From positions 1-59,712 of the forward strand of contig JAPPQJ010000028.1 of NCBI GenBank assembly GCA_028817015.1: a DNA stretch of 59,712 nt, written 5' to 3'. This DNA comes from Gammaproteobacteria bacterium. Lineage in GTDB: Bacteria; Pseudomonadota; Gammaproteobacteria; Arenicellales; Poriferihabitantaceae. Below, piece by piece: positions 12,034 to 20,378 of this stretch. Within the stretch, counting starts at the first letter, position 1; every line of letters starts with the position of its first letter. Both the position numbers and the translations under genes were made by a program. The notes under the pieces are model-generated. The model was not told the DNA's origin, did not search any database, and worked only from the letters and a program-made list of their open reading frames with translations.

Positions 12034-13115
12034 CGGGCGGCAACCCAACCTCGCCGGCGGTCGATATGTCGCTGTTCACCGCCATCATCATGCTGTGCGC
12101 GCTTAGCCTGCTGGTGCAATACAGCGCCGGCGGCGAAAATCCCGAGTACCTGACTCGCCAAGGCGCCCGCATCGGTTTTGCGCTGGCGCTGATGCTGCTG
12201 TTCGCGCGCATCCCTCCGGCTACGCTGCTGCGCTGGTCGCCATGGTTTTACGGCGCCGGTCTGGTGCTGCTGGTGGCTGTGCTGATGGCGGGCATCATCG
12301 GCAAGGGCGCGCAGCGCTGGATCGATCTCGGCGTGGTGCGCTTTCAACCGGCGGAAATAATGAAACTGGCGGTGCCGATGATGGTGGCATGGGTGCTGAC
12401 CCGGCTGCCATTGCCGCCGCGCCCGCTGGGGATCATTGGCTCAGTGGCGGTGGTGCTGCTGCCGGTTGCGCTGGTGGTGGTGCAACCCGACCTGGGCACG
12501 GCGATTTTAATCGCCATCGCCGGTACGTCGGTGGTTTTCCTGGCCGGAATCGGCTGGAAATTCATTGTCGCGGTGCTGCTGCTGCTGGGCGTGTCGGCGC
12601 CGCTGATGTGGAGCATGCTGCTGTATGATTACCAGCGGCTGCGCGTTCTAACCTTGCTCGACCCCTGGGCCGACCCGCTGGGCGCCGGATACCATATCGT
12701 GCAGTCCATCATCGCCGTCGGCGCCGGCGGACTGGGCGGCAAGGGCTGGCTGGCCGGCACCCAATCCCGGCTTGATTTCATCCCGGAGCGGAGCACGGAT
12801 TTCATCTTTGCGACTTATGCGGAAGAATTCGGCTTCCTCGGCGCGCTCATTTTGTTGATGCTGTATTTGTTCATCGGCCTCAGGGGGCTGGCCATTTCCT
12901 ACTACGCTCACGACAGTTACGCGCGCCTGCTGGCCGGAGGTTTGGCGGTCACCTTTTTCGTATGCGTATTTGTCAATATCGGCATGGCCGCCGGCATCCT
13001 GCCGGTGGTCGGCGTGCCGCTGCCTTTGCTGAGCCACGGCGGCTCTTCCATCGCCATCTTAATGATCGGTTTGGGCATTTTGATGAGCATTCGCCGCCAG
13101 CGCAGCCGGCTGTGA
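12030..13115 (+). CDS. mrdB: SEDS peptidoglycan glycosyltransferase RodA
   Basis: 361 aa, FtsW/RodA/SpoVE family ('DLGTAILI', 'PERSTDFIFA', 'PLPLLSHGGSS'). ATGA overlap with mrdA. Confidence 0.93.
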   Translation: MTGGNPTSPAVDMSLFTAIIMLCALSLLVQYSAGGENPEYLTRQGARIGFALALMLLFARIPPATLLRWSPWFYGAGLVLLVAVLMAGIIGKGAQRWIDLGVVRFQPAEIMKLAVPMMVAWVLTRLPLPPRPLGIIGSVAVVLLPVALVVVQPDLGTAILIAIAGTSVVFLAGIGWKFIVAVLLLLGVSAPLMWSMLLYDYQRLRVLTLLDPWADPLGAGYHIVQSIIAVGAGGLGGKGWLAGTQSRLDFIPERSTDFIFATYAEEFGFLGALILLMLYLFIGLRGLAISYYAHDSYARLLAGGLAVTFFVCVFVNIGMAAGILPVVGVPLPLLSHGGSSIAILMIGLGILMSIRRQRSRL

Positions 13116-13122
13116 CAGAAAA

Positions 13123-14118
13123 ATGAGAAAACATATCGATAAAACAACGGTATGCAGTGCAATTCTGATGTTTTTTATCGGTTGCGATGCGGCCCATGCG
13201 GTGGATTTCCGGCGTTACCCGGTGCTGCTTGAGTTGGCCGACAAAATGGTCCGCGAGGACGGTTATCCGCGCGCTCAACTGGAAGCCGTCCTGGGCGAAG
13301 CCGCCATCGACCCGTCGGTGACCCGCGCGATGGACCGCCAATACGAAGCGCTGCCCTGGTATAAATATCGCGAACGGTTCATCAACGACGAGCGCGTGCG
13401 CAAGGGGGTGGCCTACTGGAACCGGCATGAGGCCGTGCTGCGGCGCGCGGCGCGCGAATATGGCGTGCCGCCGGCGGTGGTGGTCGCGCTGATCGGTGTG
13501 GAAACCCATTTCGGCACGCGCATGGGCGGGCGGCGGGTGCTGGATTCACTGGTCACGCTGGCCGCCGAGTATCCGCGGCGAAGCGCATATTTCAGCCGGG
13601 AATTGCGCGTCTTCTTGAACACCGCCCGGGCCGAAAACATCGCTCCGGGATCGGTGACCGGCTCCTTTGCCGGGGCCATCGGCATCCCCCAGTTCATGCC
13701 CAGCAGTTATCAGGAATATGCGGTCGATTTCAACCGCAACGGCCGGCGCGACCTGGTCAATGAAAGCGAGGACGCCATCGGCTCGGTGGGCAACTATCTC
13801 AAGCGCCACGGCTGGACCGGCGGCCAGGCCATTTTTGCCCCGCTCAGGGAGCCGCTTTCGGCGGCCGCAGCGTCGCTGGTCAGCAAGCGCGCCAAGCCCA
13901 CCCTGACCGCCGCCCAACTGGCCGAGGCCGGGGTCACGGTCGATACTGCAGGGGCCAGCACCAGGATGGCGCTGCTGCGGCTGCGGGAGCAGCAGGGGTA
14001 TCGCCACTTCATCGGGTTTGGCAATTTCTACGCCATTACCCGCTACAATCCCAGCGTCAATTACGCGATGGCGGTGGTCGAATTGTCCCGGCGGATCAGC
14101 CGCGAGCGTCGGCCATGA
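13123..14118 (+). CDS. mltB: Lytic murein transglycosylase B
   Basis: 331 aa. Lipobox-like 'FFIGC', 'GVETHFG' and 'GAIGIPQFMPSSY' (the MltB/Slt35 catalytic region). Confidence 0.88.
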   Translation: MRKHIDKTTVCSAILMFFIGCDAAHAVDFRRYPVLLELADKMVREDGYPRAQLEAVLGEAAIDPSVTRAMDRQYEALPWYKYRERFINDERVRKGVAYWNRHEAVLRRAAREYGVPPAVVVALIGVETHFGTRMGGRRVLDSLVTLAAEYPRRSAYFSRELRVFLNTARAENIAPGSVTGSFAGAIGIPQFMPSSYQEYAVDFNRNGRRDLVNESEDAIGSVGNYLKRHGWTGGQAIFAPLREPLSAAAASLVSKRAKPTLTAAQLAEAGVTVDTAGASTRMALLRLREQQGYRHFIGFGNFYAITRYNPSVNYAMAVVELSRRISRERRP

Positions 14119-14978
14119 GTCGGCCGCGGCGGCTGTTTTTTGCCGGCATCGCCGTTTTGACGGCGCTTGCAACAGGGTGCTCCGGCAAGCCCGCGCCGCG
14201 CCCCGCCACCTCCTCTCCCTCCCCCTACTACAGCGACGACCGCCCCCCGGAGCACCTGCCGGTGGATCCGGATTCGGTGGCCGATGCGGTGCCCCGGCAT
14301 GAGCCGCTGAGCGCCACCGGAAACCGGCCCTATACCGCGCTTGGCAAACGCTACCACCCGCTTGCCTCCGCTGCCGGCTATGTGAAGCGGGGCACCGCTT
14401 CCTGGTATGGCCGCAAATTCCACGGCCGGCGCACTTCCAGCGGCGAGCCGTATGACATGTTCGCGATGACCGCGGCGCATCCGGTTCTACCGCTGCCCTC
14501 CTATGTGCGCGTGACCAACCTGGATAACGGCAAGTCGGTGGTCGTGCGGGTCAACGACCGCGGACCTTTCCTGCACGGGCGCATCATCGACCTTTCCTAT
14601 ATGGCCGCCCACAAATTGGGCATCGCCGGCCACGGCACCGGCCCGGTCGAGGTGCGCGCACTGAAGCCCGAGGCTCCCGCACAAAGCGCTGTTCCAGAAA
14701 ATGCCGGGGCCGGGCGCGCGGCTTTGCCGGCCTCGAGCGCGGCGCGCAGGATCATGATCCAGATCGGCGCCTATTCCAGGCGCGCCAACGCGCACAAGGT
14801 GCGCGAGCAACTTGAGCAAGCCGGTTACCGGGTGGCGGTGCGCTATGGCGCGCAGGGCCGGGAAGCGCCGCTGTACCGGGTGCAAGTCGGGCCATTCACC
14901 AGCCGCGACGCGGCCCGGGCCAGCCGGCAAAAACTGGAGGCGATGCTGCGTTTCCCGGTCACATTCGTGATCGAGTGA
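14115..14978 (+). CDS. rlpA: Septal ring lytic transglycosylase RlpA (DPBB + SPOR domains)
   Basis: Lipobox 'LATGC', DPBB 'GTASWYGRKFHGRRTSSGEPYDMFAMTAAH..LPLPSYVRVTNLDNGKSVVVRVNDRGPF', and a C-terminal SPOR domain 'IQIGAYS...YRVQVGPF'. ATGA overlap with mltB. Confidence 0.92.
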   Translation: MSRPRRLFFAGIAVLTALATGCSGKPAPRPATSSPSPYYSDDRPPEHLPVDPDSVADAVPRHEPLSATGNRPYTALGKRYHPLASAAGYVKRGTASWYGRKFHGRRTSSGEPYDMFAMTAAHPVLPLPSYVRVTNLDNGKSVVVRVNDRGPFLHGRIIDLSYMAAHKLGIAGHGTGPVEVRALKPEAPAQSAVPENAGAGRAALPASSAARRIMIQIGAYSRRANAHKVREQLEQAGYRVAVRYGAQGREAPLYRVQVGPFTSRDAARASRQKLEAMLRFPVTFVIE

Positions 14979-15087
14979 GGCTGCGCCAGGGCCCCGAAAC
15001 GCGCCACGAAAAGCCCTCCCTTTGGCCTGAAATGTCCCTCAACCGGCGGCTACAATGCTTTGTTTGGCCCCCAATGCCCCCATCTCC

Positions 15088-16263
15088 ATGCGAAAATATG
15101 CCATCCTGATCGCGCTGCTGTGCGCGGCCCCGGCGACGGCCGCGTCTGAGCCCTTGTTGCAGCCCCTTCCGGCGCTCCTTAAATCCCGTGTGCCGGCCCC
15201 GCAAACGGAGGTCAGCGCCTGGTTGCTGGCCGACTTTGGCAGCGGCTGGATCATCGATGGCGCCAATGCCGGGGCGCGCATTGAGCCGGCCAGCCTGACC
15301 AAACTAATGACCGGCTATCTGGTGTTCGAGGCCCTTTCCAACGGCGGCATCACCTTGCAAGACCAGGTCTATGTCAGCAAAAAGGCCTGGAAAACCGGCG
15401 GCTCGCGGATGTTCATCCGGGTCGATACCCGGGTCAGTGTCGAGGCGCTGCTCAAGGGGCTGATCATTCAGTCGGGAAACGATGCGGCGGTGGCGCTGGC
15501 CGAGCATCTGGGCGGCTCCGAAGCGGGATTTGCGGCGAGCATGAATGAAACGGCGGCGCGCCTCGGCATGCACAACACCCGCTTTGTCAACAGCAGCGGC
15601 CTGCCGCACCCGGATCATTACAGCACCGCCCTCGACATGAGCATTCTCACGCGGGCGCTGATCCGGCGTTTTCCCGACTACTTCAAGATTTACTCCGAGC
15701 GCGAATATACATACAACAACATCACCCAGAAAAACCGCAATATCCTGCTGGCCCGCGACCCCAGCGTCGACGGCATTAAGACCGGCTACACCCGCAAGGC
15801 CGGTTATTGCCTGATCGGCACATCCGAGCGCGACGGCATGCGGCTCATCGCTACGGTGATCGGCTCAAAGAGCGCGGCGGCTCGCGCGGATCAGGTCTAT
15901 TCGCTGCTGCAATACGGCTACGCCGCCTATGAAAGCCGGCTGATCTACGCCGCCGGCAGCGAGGTTAAGTCGTTGCCGCTGTGGATGGGCCGGGAACCGC
16001 GGGCGCGGGTCAGCATCCCCAGCGATCTAAGCGTCATCTACCCGAAGGGGGGCGCGCACCAATTGTCCGGCGAAGTGGCGCTGCCGAGCAGTTTGGATGC
16101 GCCGCTGCATGCCGACCAGTCGGTCGGCGCCATTGAAGTTAAATTCAATGGCGCCACGGTGCGCACCGCCAGCCTCCAGGTCGCCGAGGACTACCCGGAA
16201 GGGGCGTTGTGGTCGCGCATGATCGACTGGGTGAAGCGCCTGGTCTTTCAAGTGACCAACTAA
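15088..16263 (+). CDS. dacA: D-alanyl-D-alanine carboxypeptidase (PBP5/6 class)
   Basis: Motifs SxxK 'ASLTKLMT', SxN 'QSGNDAA' and KTG 'IKTGYT', plus the PBP5 C-terminal domain. Start set at ATG 15088 (MRKYAILIALL signal peptide). The position rlpA-dacA-lipB matches E. coli. Confidence 0.88.
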   Translation: MRKYAILIALLCAAPATAASEPLLQPLPALLKSRVPAPQTEVSAWLLADFGSGWIIDGANAGARIEPASLTKLMTGYLVFEALSNGGITLQDQVYVSKKAWKTGGSRMFIRVDTRVSVEALLKGLIIQSGNDAAVALAEHLGGSEAGFAASMNETAARLGMHNTRFVNSSGLPHPDHYSTALDMSILTRALIRRFPDYFKIYSEREYTYNNITQKNRNILLARDPSVDGIKTGYTRKAGYCLIGTSERDGMRLIATVIGSKSAAARADQVYSLLQYGYAAYESRLIYAAGSEVKSLPLWMGREPRARVSIPSDLSVIYPKGGAHQLSGEVALPSSLDAPLHADQSVGAIEVKFNGATVRTASLQVAEDYPEGALWSRMIDWVKRLVFQVTN

Positions 16264-16276
16264 TGCTCGAGCCATC

Positions 16277-16909
16277 ATGAAGCGCCGGGTGGCGATCCGC
16301 CGGCTGGGGCTGTGCCACTACGAGCCAATCTGGCGGCAAATGCAGGCCTTTACCCGCTTTCGCGACGCCGCCACCGAAGACCAGATCTGGCTGCTCCAGC
16401 ATCACCCGGTTTTCACCCGGGGAACCGGTTGCCGTGCGCTGCCCCGGCCCAGTCCCGCCCCCATTGCCGGGACCTCCGGCGACATTCCGGTGATTCACAC
16501 CGACCGAGGCGGCCACATCACCTACCACGGCCCCGGCCAGTTAATCGCCTACCTGCTGCTCGACATTAAGCGCCGGCGGCAAGGCGTGAAATCGCTGGTT
16601 AACCAGATCGAGCAGGCGGTCATCGACCTGCTGGAGGCCTGCGGCCTGCCGGCTTCGCGGCGCCCCGGCGCACCCGGGGTGTATCTGCGGCAGGCCAAGA
16701 TCGCGGCTCTCGGCCTGCGCATTAAACGCGGCTGCTGCTTCCACGGCTTAAGTTTGAATGTTGACATGGACCTGCGGCCATATCAGCGCATCGACCCGTG
16801 CGGCTATCCGGGGTTGGCGCTGACCCAGATGAGCCGGCACATCTCCCCGGTGGACATCGGCGAAGTCGAGGGGGCGCTGGCCCGGCGGCTGCTCGAGCAG
16901 TTTGGTTAA
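16277..16909 (+). CDS. lipB: Octanoyltransferase LipB
   Basis: 210 aa. 'IWLLQHHPVFT.G', 'TDRGG.ITYHGPGQL' and 'KI.A.G.RI....FHG..LN' are present. No lipA follows. Confidence 0.9.
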   Translation: MKRRVAIRRLGLCHYEPIWRQMQAFTRFRDAATEDQIWLLQHHPVFTRGTGCRALPRPSPAPIAGTSGDIPVIHTDRGGHITYHGPGQLIAYLLLDIKRRRQGVKSLVNQIEQAVIDLLEACGLPASRRPGAPGVYLRQAKIAALGLRIKRGCCFHGLSLNVDMDLRPYQRIDPCGYPGLALTQMSRHISPVDIGEVEGALARRLLEQFG

Positions 16910-17574
16910 TCGGCCCGGCGGCGCGCCTGTGCGAGGCGCTCCGGCGAGCCGACATCGACCCACTGCCCGCGGTGAATCTCGGCGCTGGCCAGGTTGGCGG
17001 TAAGCGCACGCCTGATCACCGGCAACAGCGGGAAACGCCCCGCTTTGAGCGCATCAAAAGCCCTGCGGCGGAAGCAGCCGATGCCCGCATAGGTCCAGGT
17101 CTGTGCGCCGGCCCCGGGGGCAAGCAGCCGCCCGTGCTCCAGCGCGAAATCACCGCGCCGGTGATGGGGCGGATTCTTAACCAGCACCAGATGCATGTCA
17201 TCCGGCTCGGGCACGCGCAGGCTGGCGTAGTTGAAATCGCACAGGATGTCGCCGTTTATCACGATAAAGGGGTCGCTTTGCAGCAGCGCCAGCGCTTGCA
17301 CGATGCCGCCGCCGGTCTCCAGCGCGCCTTCGCTTTCATCGGAATAACGGATGCGCAGCCCAAAACGCCGGCCATCGCCGAGATGCTCGCGAATTTGCCC
17401 GCCGAGCCACGCCAAATTGATGACCACCTGATCGAATCCCTGCGCCGCCAGACGCTCGAGATGCCGTTCCACCAGGGGCTTCGCCCCCACTGGCAACAAG
17501 GCTTTGGGCGTCGAATCGGTGAGCGGCTGAAGACGCCGGCCACGGCCGGCGGCAAGGATCAAGGCGTGCAGCAT
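16906..17574 (-). CDS. murU: Sugar-1-phosphate nucleotidyltransferase, MurU-like (N-acetylmuramate alpha-1-phosphate uridylyltransferase family)
   Basis: 'MLHALILAAGRGRRLQPLTDSTPKALLPVGAKPLVE' plus 'VINGDIL'. About 222 aa after moving the start to ATG 17574. No amgK-like kinase is adjacent. Its stop codon shares TTAA with the lipB stop. Confidence 0.65.
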   Translation of the reverse strand: MLHALILAAGRGRRLQPLTDSTPKALLPVGAKPLVERHLERLAAQGFDQVVINLAWLGGQIREHLGDGRRFGLRIRYSDESEGALETGGGIVQALALLQSDPFIVINGDILCDFNYASLRVPEPDDMHLVLVKNPPHHRRGDFALEHGRLLAPGAGAQTWTYAGIGCFRRRAFDALKAGRFPLLPVIRRALTANLASAEIHRGQWVDVGSPERLAQARRRAD

Positions 17575-17822
17575 GATTTTGATGTCGGTAAGCGGTTGGG
17601 GTCCACGGCCAAGGCGGGAGTTTGCCCGAAAAACCCGGCAAATCGCTGAAATGACGGCGATTGACCGCGGACCGCCACCGTTTCCCCGTGCCCTCAAGGT
17701 TAAATTTCCACCATCCCTTTTGTTTGGACGCCGCTGGCCGGCTTGCTGAAGTTCTCAAAGCGAGGCGGAGGACAGGTTACCGGAAGGGCCATGCCTGTTC
17801 CCGCATGGAGGCGTTGCCTGGG

Positions 17823-17845
17823 CCGCGGGCTAACCGGCGGTTTTT
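17823..17845 (+). terminator. Terminator-like hairpin plus T5 inside the 5' region of the LysE-family gene
   Basis: CCGC-G-GG / CC-G-GCGG stem (17823-17840, one G.G mismatch, loop CTAA) followed by TTTTT (17841-17845). No + strand gene lies upstream. Confidence 0.4.
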
Positions 17846-17858
17846 CGTCCGGGTAGTT

Positions 17859-17873
17859 TTAAGGATATCTTAA
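17859..17873. promoter_or_regulatory. Inverted repeat TTAAG-N5-CTTAA (fits a T-N11-A LysR-type box) 48 nt upstream of the LysE-family start
   Basis: The sequence 'ttaaggatatcttaa' has perfect 5-bp arms around a GATAT core, in an otherwise GC-rich spacer. Confidence 0.35.
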
Positions 17874-17920
17874 CAGAGGTCATGGCGGGTTGATCGAGGT
17901 AAACTCGGCCTCGACCCGAT

Positions 17921-18553
17921 ATGCTTGAATTATCCGATATCCTAAGTTTCGCCGCGGTGGCCGCCCTGCTGGTGATGTCGCCGGGTCCCAACGGCGTTCT
18001 CATCGCAAAAACCGTCTCCCTGTCGGGCCGCGGCGCCGGGGCTGCCAATGTGGCCGGGTTTGTCAGCGCGTTTTACCTGCACGGGCTGCTGTCGATTTTC
18101 GGCATCTCAATCCTTCTTACGCAATCGGCAACCGCTTTTTTCATCGTCAAACTGGCCGGTGCGCTCTACCTGTGCTGGCTGGGATTGCAGGTGTTGCGGG
18201 GTGGGCGGGGCGGCGGCGCCACCCCCGGGCCGGCGGCCGCCGGGCGGCGCCGGCGCAAGTTAGGCGGGGCGTTTGCGGAAGGGTTTATCACCAACGCCCT
18301 GAACCCCAAGGTTTCCATGTTTTATCTGGCGGCGTTTCCGCAGTTTATTTCGCCGGCAAGCGGCGGCCTGCAGGCGCTGCTGTTAGTGGTCATCCATTCG
18401 GCGATTAATGCGGTGTGGTTTTCTTTGATGATTCTGTTCTTCGGTTATTTTGACCGGGCCGGCGCCCGTGTTTTGTTTCAGCGCGTGATGCGCGGCATCA
18501 CCGGCGCCGCTTTGCTGGGTTTCGGCGGCACGCTGGCGGCCACGGCGTTTTAA
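17921..18553 (+). CDS. LysE/RhtB-family amino-acid exporter
   Basis: 210 aa. N-terminal 'LLVMSPGPNG' motif, about 6 TM segments, and 'NPKVSMFYLAAFPQF'. Confidence 0.85.
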   Translation: MLELSDILSFAAVAALLVMSPGPNGVLIAKTVSLSGRGAGAANVAGFVSAFYLHGLLSIFGISILLTQSATAFFIVKLAGALYLCWLGLQVLRGGRGGGATPGPAAAGRRRRKLGGAFAEGFITNALNPKVSMFYLAAFPQFISPASGGLQALLLVVIHSAINAVWFSLMILFFGYFDRAGARVLFQRVMRGITGAALLGFGGTLAATAF

Positions 18554-18584
18554 TCGTGCACCGGTGCCGCCGCCGGGTGCTCAA

Positions 18585-20117
18585 TCAATACCACCGGTCG
18601 GCCCGGCTTCCCTTCACCCGGTCGATGTATTCCCGCAGCGCCTGGTCCACCGCCGTGTCGATGGCCGGCGGCCGGTACTCCGCCAACTGCGTTTTCCAGA
18701 TTCGGTGCGCGCGTTGTTCATCGGTCAACTGGCCCTGTTCCAGCCACTGTTCGTAGGAGTTGCTGTCGGCGGTGGTCGCCTCGAAGACGCCGGCATAGTG
18801 GCGCAGAGTGTGGGCGGCGCCGAGGAAATGCTCGCCGTGGGCGGTTTCCCGATAGGCGTCCAGCGCGAAGTGGTCAGCGCCTAAGGGCAGGCCGGCGAAC
18901 AGTTTCGCCATCATCGCGCACCGGTCGGCGTCCTGGATGAATTTCTCATAGCCCATGGTCAGCCCGCCTTCCAGCCAGCCGGCCGCGTGCAGCACGAAGT
19001 TGGCGCCTGACAGCAGCGCCGGGAGCAGCGACTGGGCGCTTTCCTGGGCGGCTTGGGCGTCGCTGATTTTGGACGAGGTGAAGGCGCCGCCGCAGCGCAG
19101 CGGAATGCCGATGCGCCGCCCCAGTTGGCCGACCGCCATATACGCCAACATGGCCTCCGGCTGGCCGAAGGTCGGCGCCCCGGAGCGCAGCGACATGGTG
19201 GTCAGGAAATTGCCGTAGATGACCGGCGCGCCGGGGCGCACCAACTGGGTCAGCGCCACCCCGACCATGGCTTCGGCGTGGGCCTGGGCGATGGCCGCCG
19301 CCGGCGTAACCGGGCCCATGGCGCCGCCGAGGATGAACGGGCAGACCACCACCCCCTGGCCGGCTTCGGCGTAGGTGCGGATGACCCGCGTGACCTCGCC
19401 GTCATAGACCAGCGGCGAGTTGACGTTGATGTTGCCGAGAATCACGCAGTTGGTGTCCACGGTGTCCGCGCCGAACAGGATGCGGCACATGTCGATGGAC
19501 TCGCGGGCGCGCTCGGCGGTGGTTACCGAGCCCATGAAGGGCTTGTCCGACCAGCGCATATGCGCATACACCATGTCTAAATGGCGCTTGTTGACCGCCA
19601 CATCACACGGCTCGCAGATGGTGCCGCCGGAATAGTGGATGGCCGGGTTCAGGCAGGCCAATTTGACCAGGTTGCGGAAGTCCTCGAGGGTGCCGTAGCG
19701 CCGCCCTCCGTCCAGGTCGCGCACGAACGGCGAGCCGTAGGCCGGTGCCAGCGCCACATGCGGCCCGCCGACGCGCACCGAGCGGGCCGGGTTGCGGGCC
19801 AGGTGGATGAATTCGCCCGGCGTAGAGCGCTGCACCAGGTGTTTGACCAGCCCCGGCTCGAAGGTCAGGCGCTCGCCGTTGCGCTCGGCGCCGGCCTGCT
19901 GGAACAGGTCGAGCGCTTCCGGGTCGCCGCGGATTTCGATGCCGAATTCGCTTAAGATCGCGTCGGCGTGCCGCTCGATGCGCTCCAGTCCCTCTTCTTC
20001 AAGCAGGTCATACGGCGGCAACGCCCGGGTAATATACGGTGGCGGCGTTGCGGCCGCCGCTACGCTGCGTAACTTGCGCGTACGGCCTCGCCGGGGCCTG
20101 GGGGCGGATTGGGGCAT
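18585..20117 (-). CDS. MttB-superfamily methyltransferase (non-pyrrolysine; trimethylamine/quaternary-amine:corrinoid methyltransferase homologue)
   Basis: The ORF 18585..20264 has no in-frame amber. An Arg-rich N-terminus (RPRRGRTRKLR) is followed by 'YDLLEEEGLERIERHADAILSEFGIEI', typical of bacterial MttB homologues. Start set at ATG 20117 (about 510 aa). Confidence 0.75.
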   Translation of the reverse strand: MPQSAPRPRRGRTRKLRSVAAAATPPPYITRALPPYDLLEEEGLERIERHADAILSEFGIEIRGDPEALDLFQQAGAERNGERLTFEPGLVKHLVQRSTPGEFIHLARNPARSVRVGGPHVALAPAYGSPFVRDLDGGRRYGTLEDFRNLVKLACLNPAIHYSGGTICEPCDVAVNKRHLDMVYAHMRWSDKPFMGSVTTAERARESIDMCRILFGADTVDTNCVILGNINVNSPLVYDGEVTRVIRTYAEAGQGVVVCPFILGGAMGPVTPAAAIAQAHAEAMVGVALTQLVRPGAPVIYGNFLTTMSLRSGAPTFGQPEAMLAYMAVGQLGRRIGIPLRCGGAFTSSKISDAQAAQESAQSLLPALLSGANFVLHAAGWLEGGLTMGYEKFIQDADRCAMMAKLFAGLPLGADHFALDAYRETAHGEHFLGAAHTLRHYAGVFEATTADSNSYEQWLEQGQLTDEQRAHRIWKTQLAEYRPPAIDTAVDQALREYIDRVKGSRADRWY

Positions 20118-20275
20118 ATTCTTAGCACGGTTGAAGATGGGACGCCGAATCACATCTGACCTCACAATGTACCATAACGGCCGGGTTGCGCCCCGGTATT
20201 TGGTTTCCGGGGGCCGCCGGGCATGATAATATATAGCGGTTTCTTTCAGCGGCTTGAAATGCATGCCGGCGGCCT

Positions 20276-20297
20276 TATGATCGATGAATGATCGATG
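20276..20297. repeat. Perfect tandem 11-mer ATGATCGATGA x2, with a third ATCGATG at 20308
   Basis: Read directly from 'ttATGATCGATGAATGATCGATGAcaaggcgcgtATCGATGgg', in the divergent spacer between the MttB-like gene and the iscA-like gene. Confidence 0.9.
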
Positions 20298-20378
20298 ACA
20301 AGGCGCGTATCGATGGGCCGCATTGCGCCGGTTTTCATCAGCAACGCCGGTGCGTTTTATGTTAACCTGTGGTTCACC

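Noticed and set aside
17760-17850. Csr/Rsm-type sponge sRNA (several GGA motifs: GGCGGAGGA, CGGAAGG, TGGAGG) plus a GacA-box-like TTAAG-N5-CTTAA
   Set aside because: The number of GGA triplets is close to what GC-rich sequence gives by chance. The palindrome lies downstream of the putative RNA rather than about 70 nt upstream, and it differs from TGTAAG-N6-CTTACA. I keep this only as one hypothesis to test under the broader structured-spacer finding.
18585-20264. Pyrrolysine (in-frame UAG) decoding in the MttB homologue
   Set aside because: The ORF is uninterrupted with no in-frame amber codon. This is the non-Pyl branch of the superfamily. The 49-codon upstream extension to 20264 has no family similarity.
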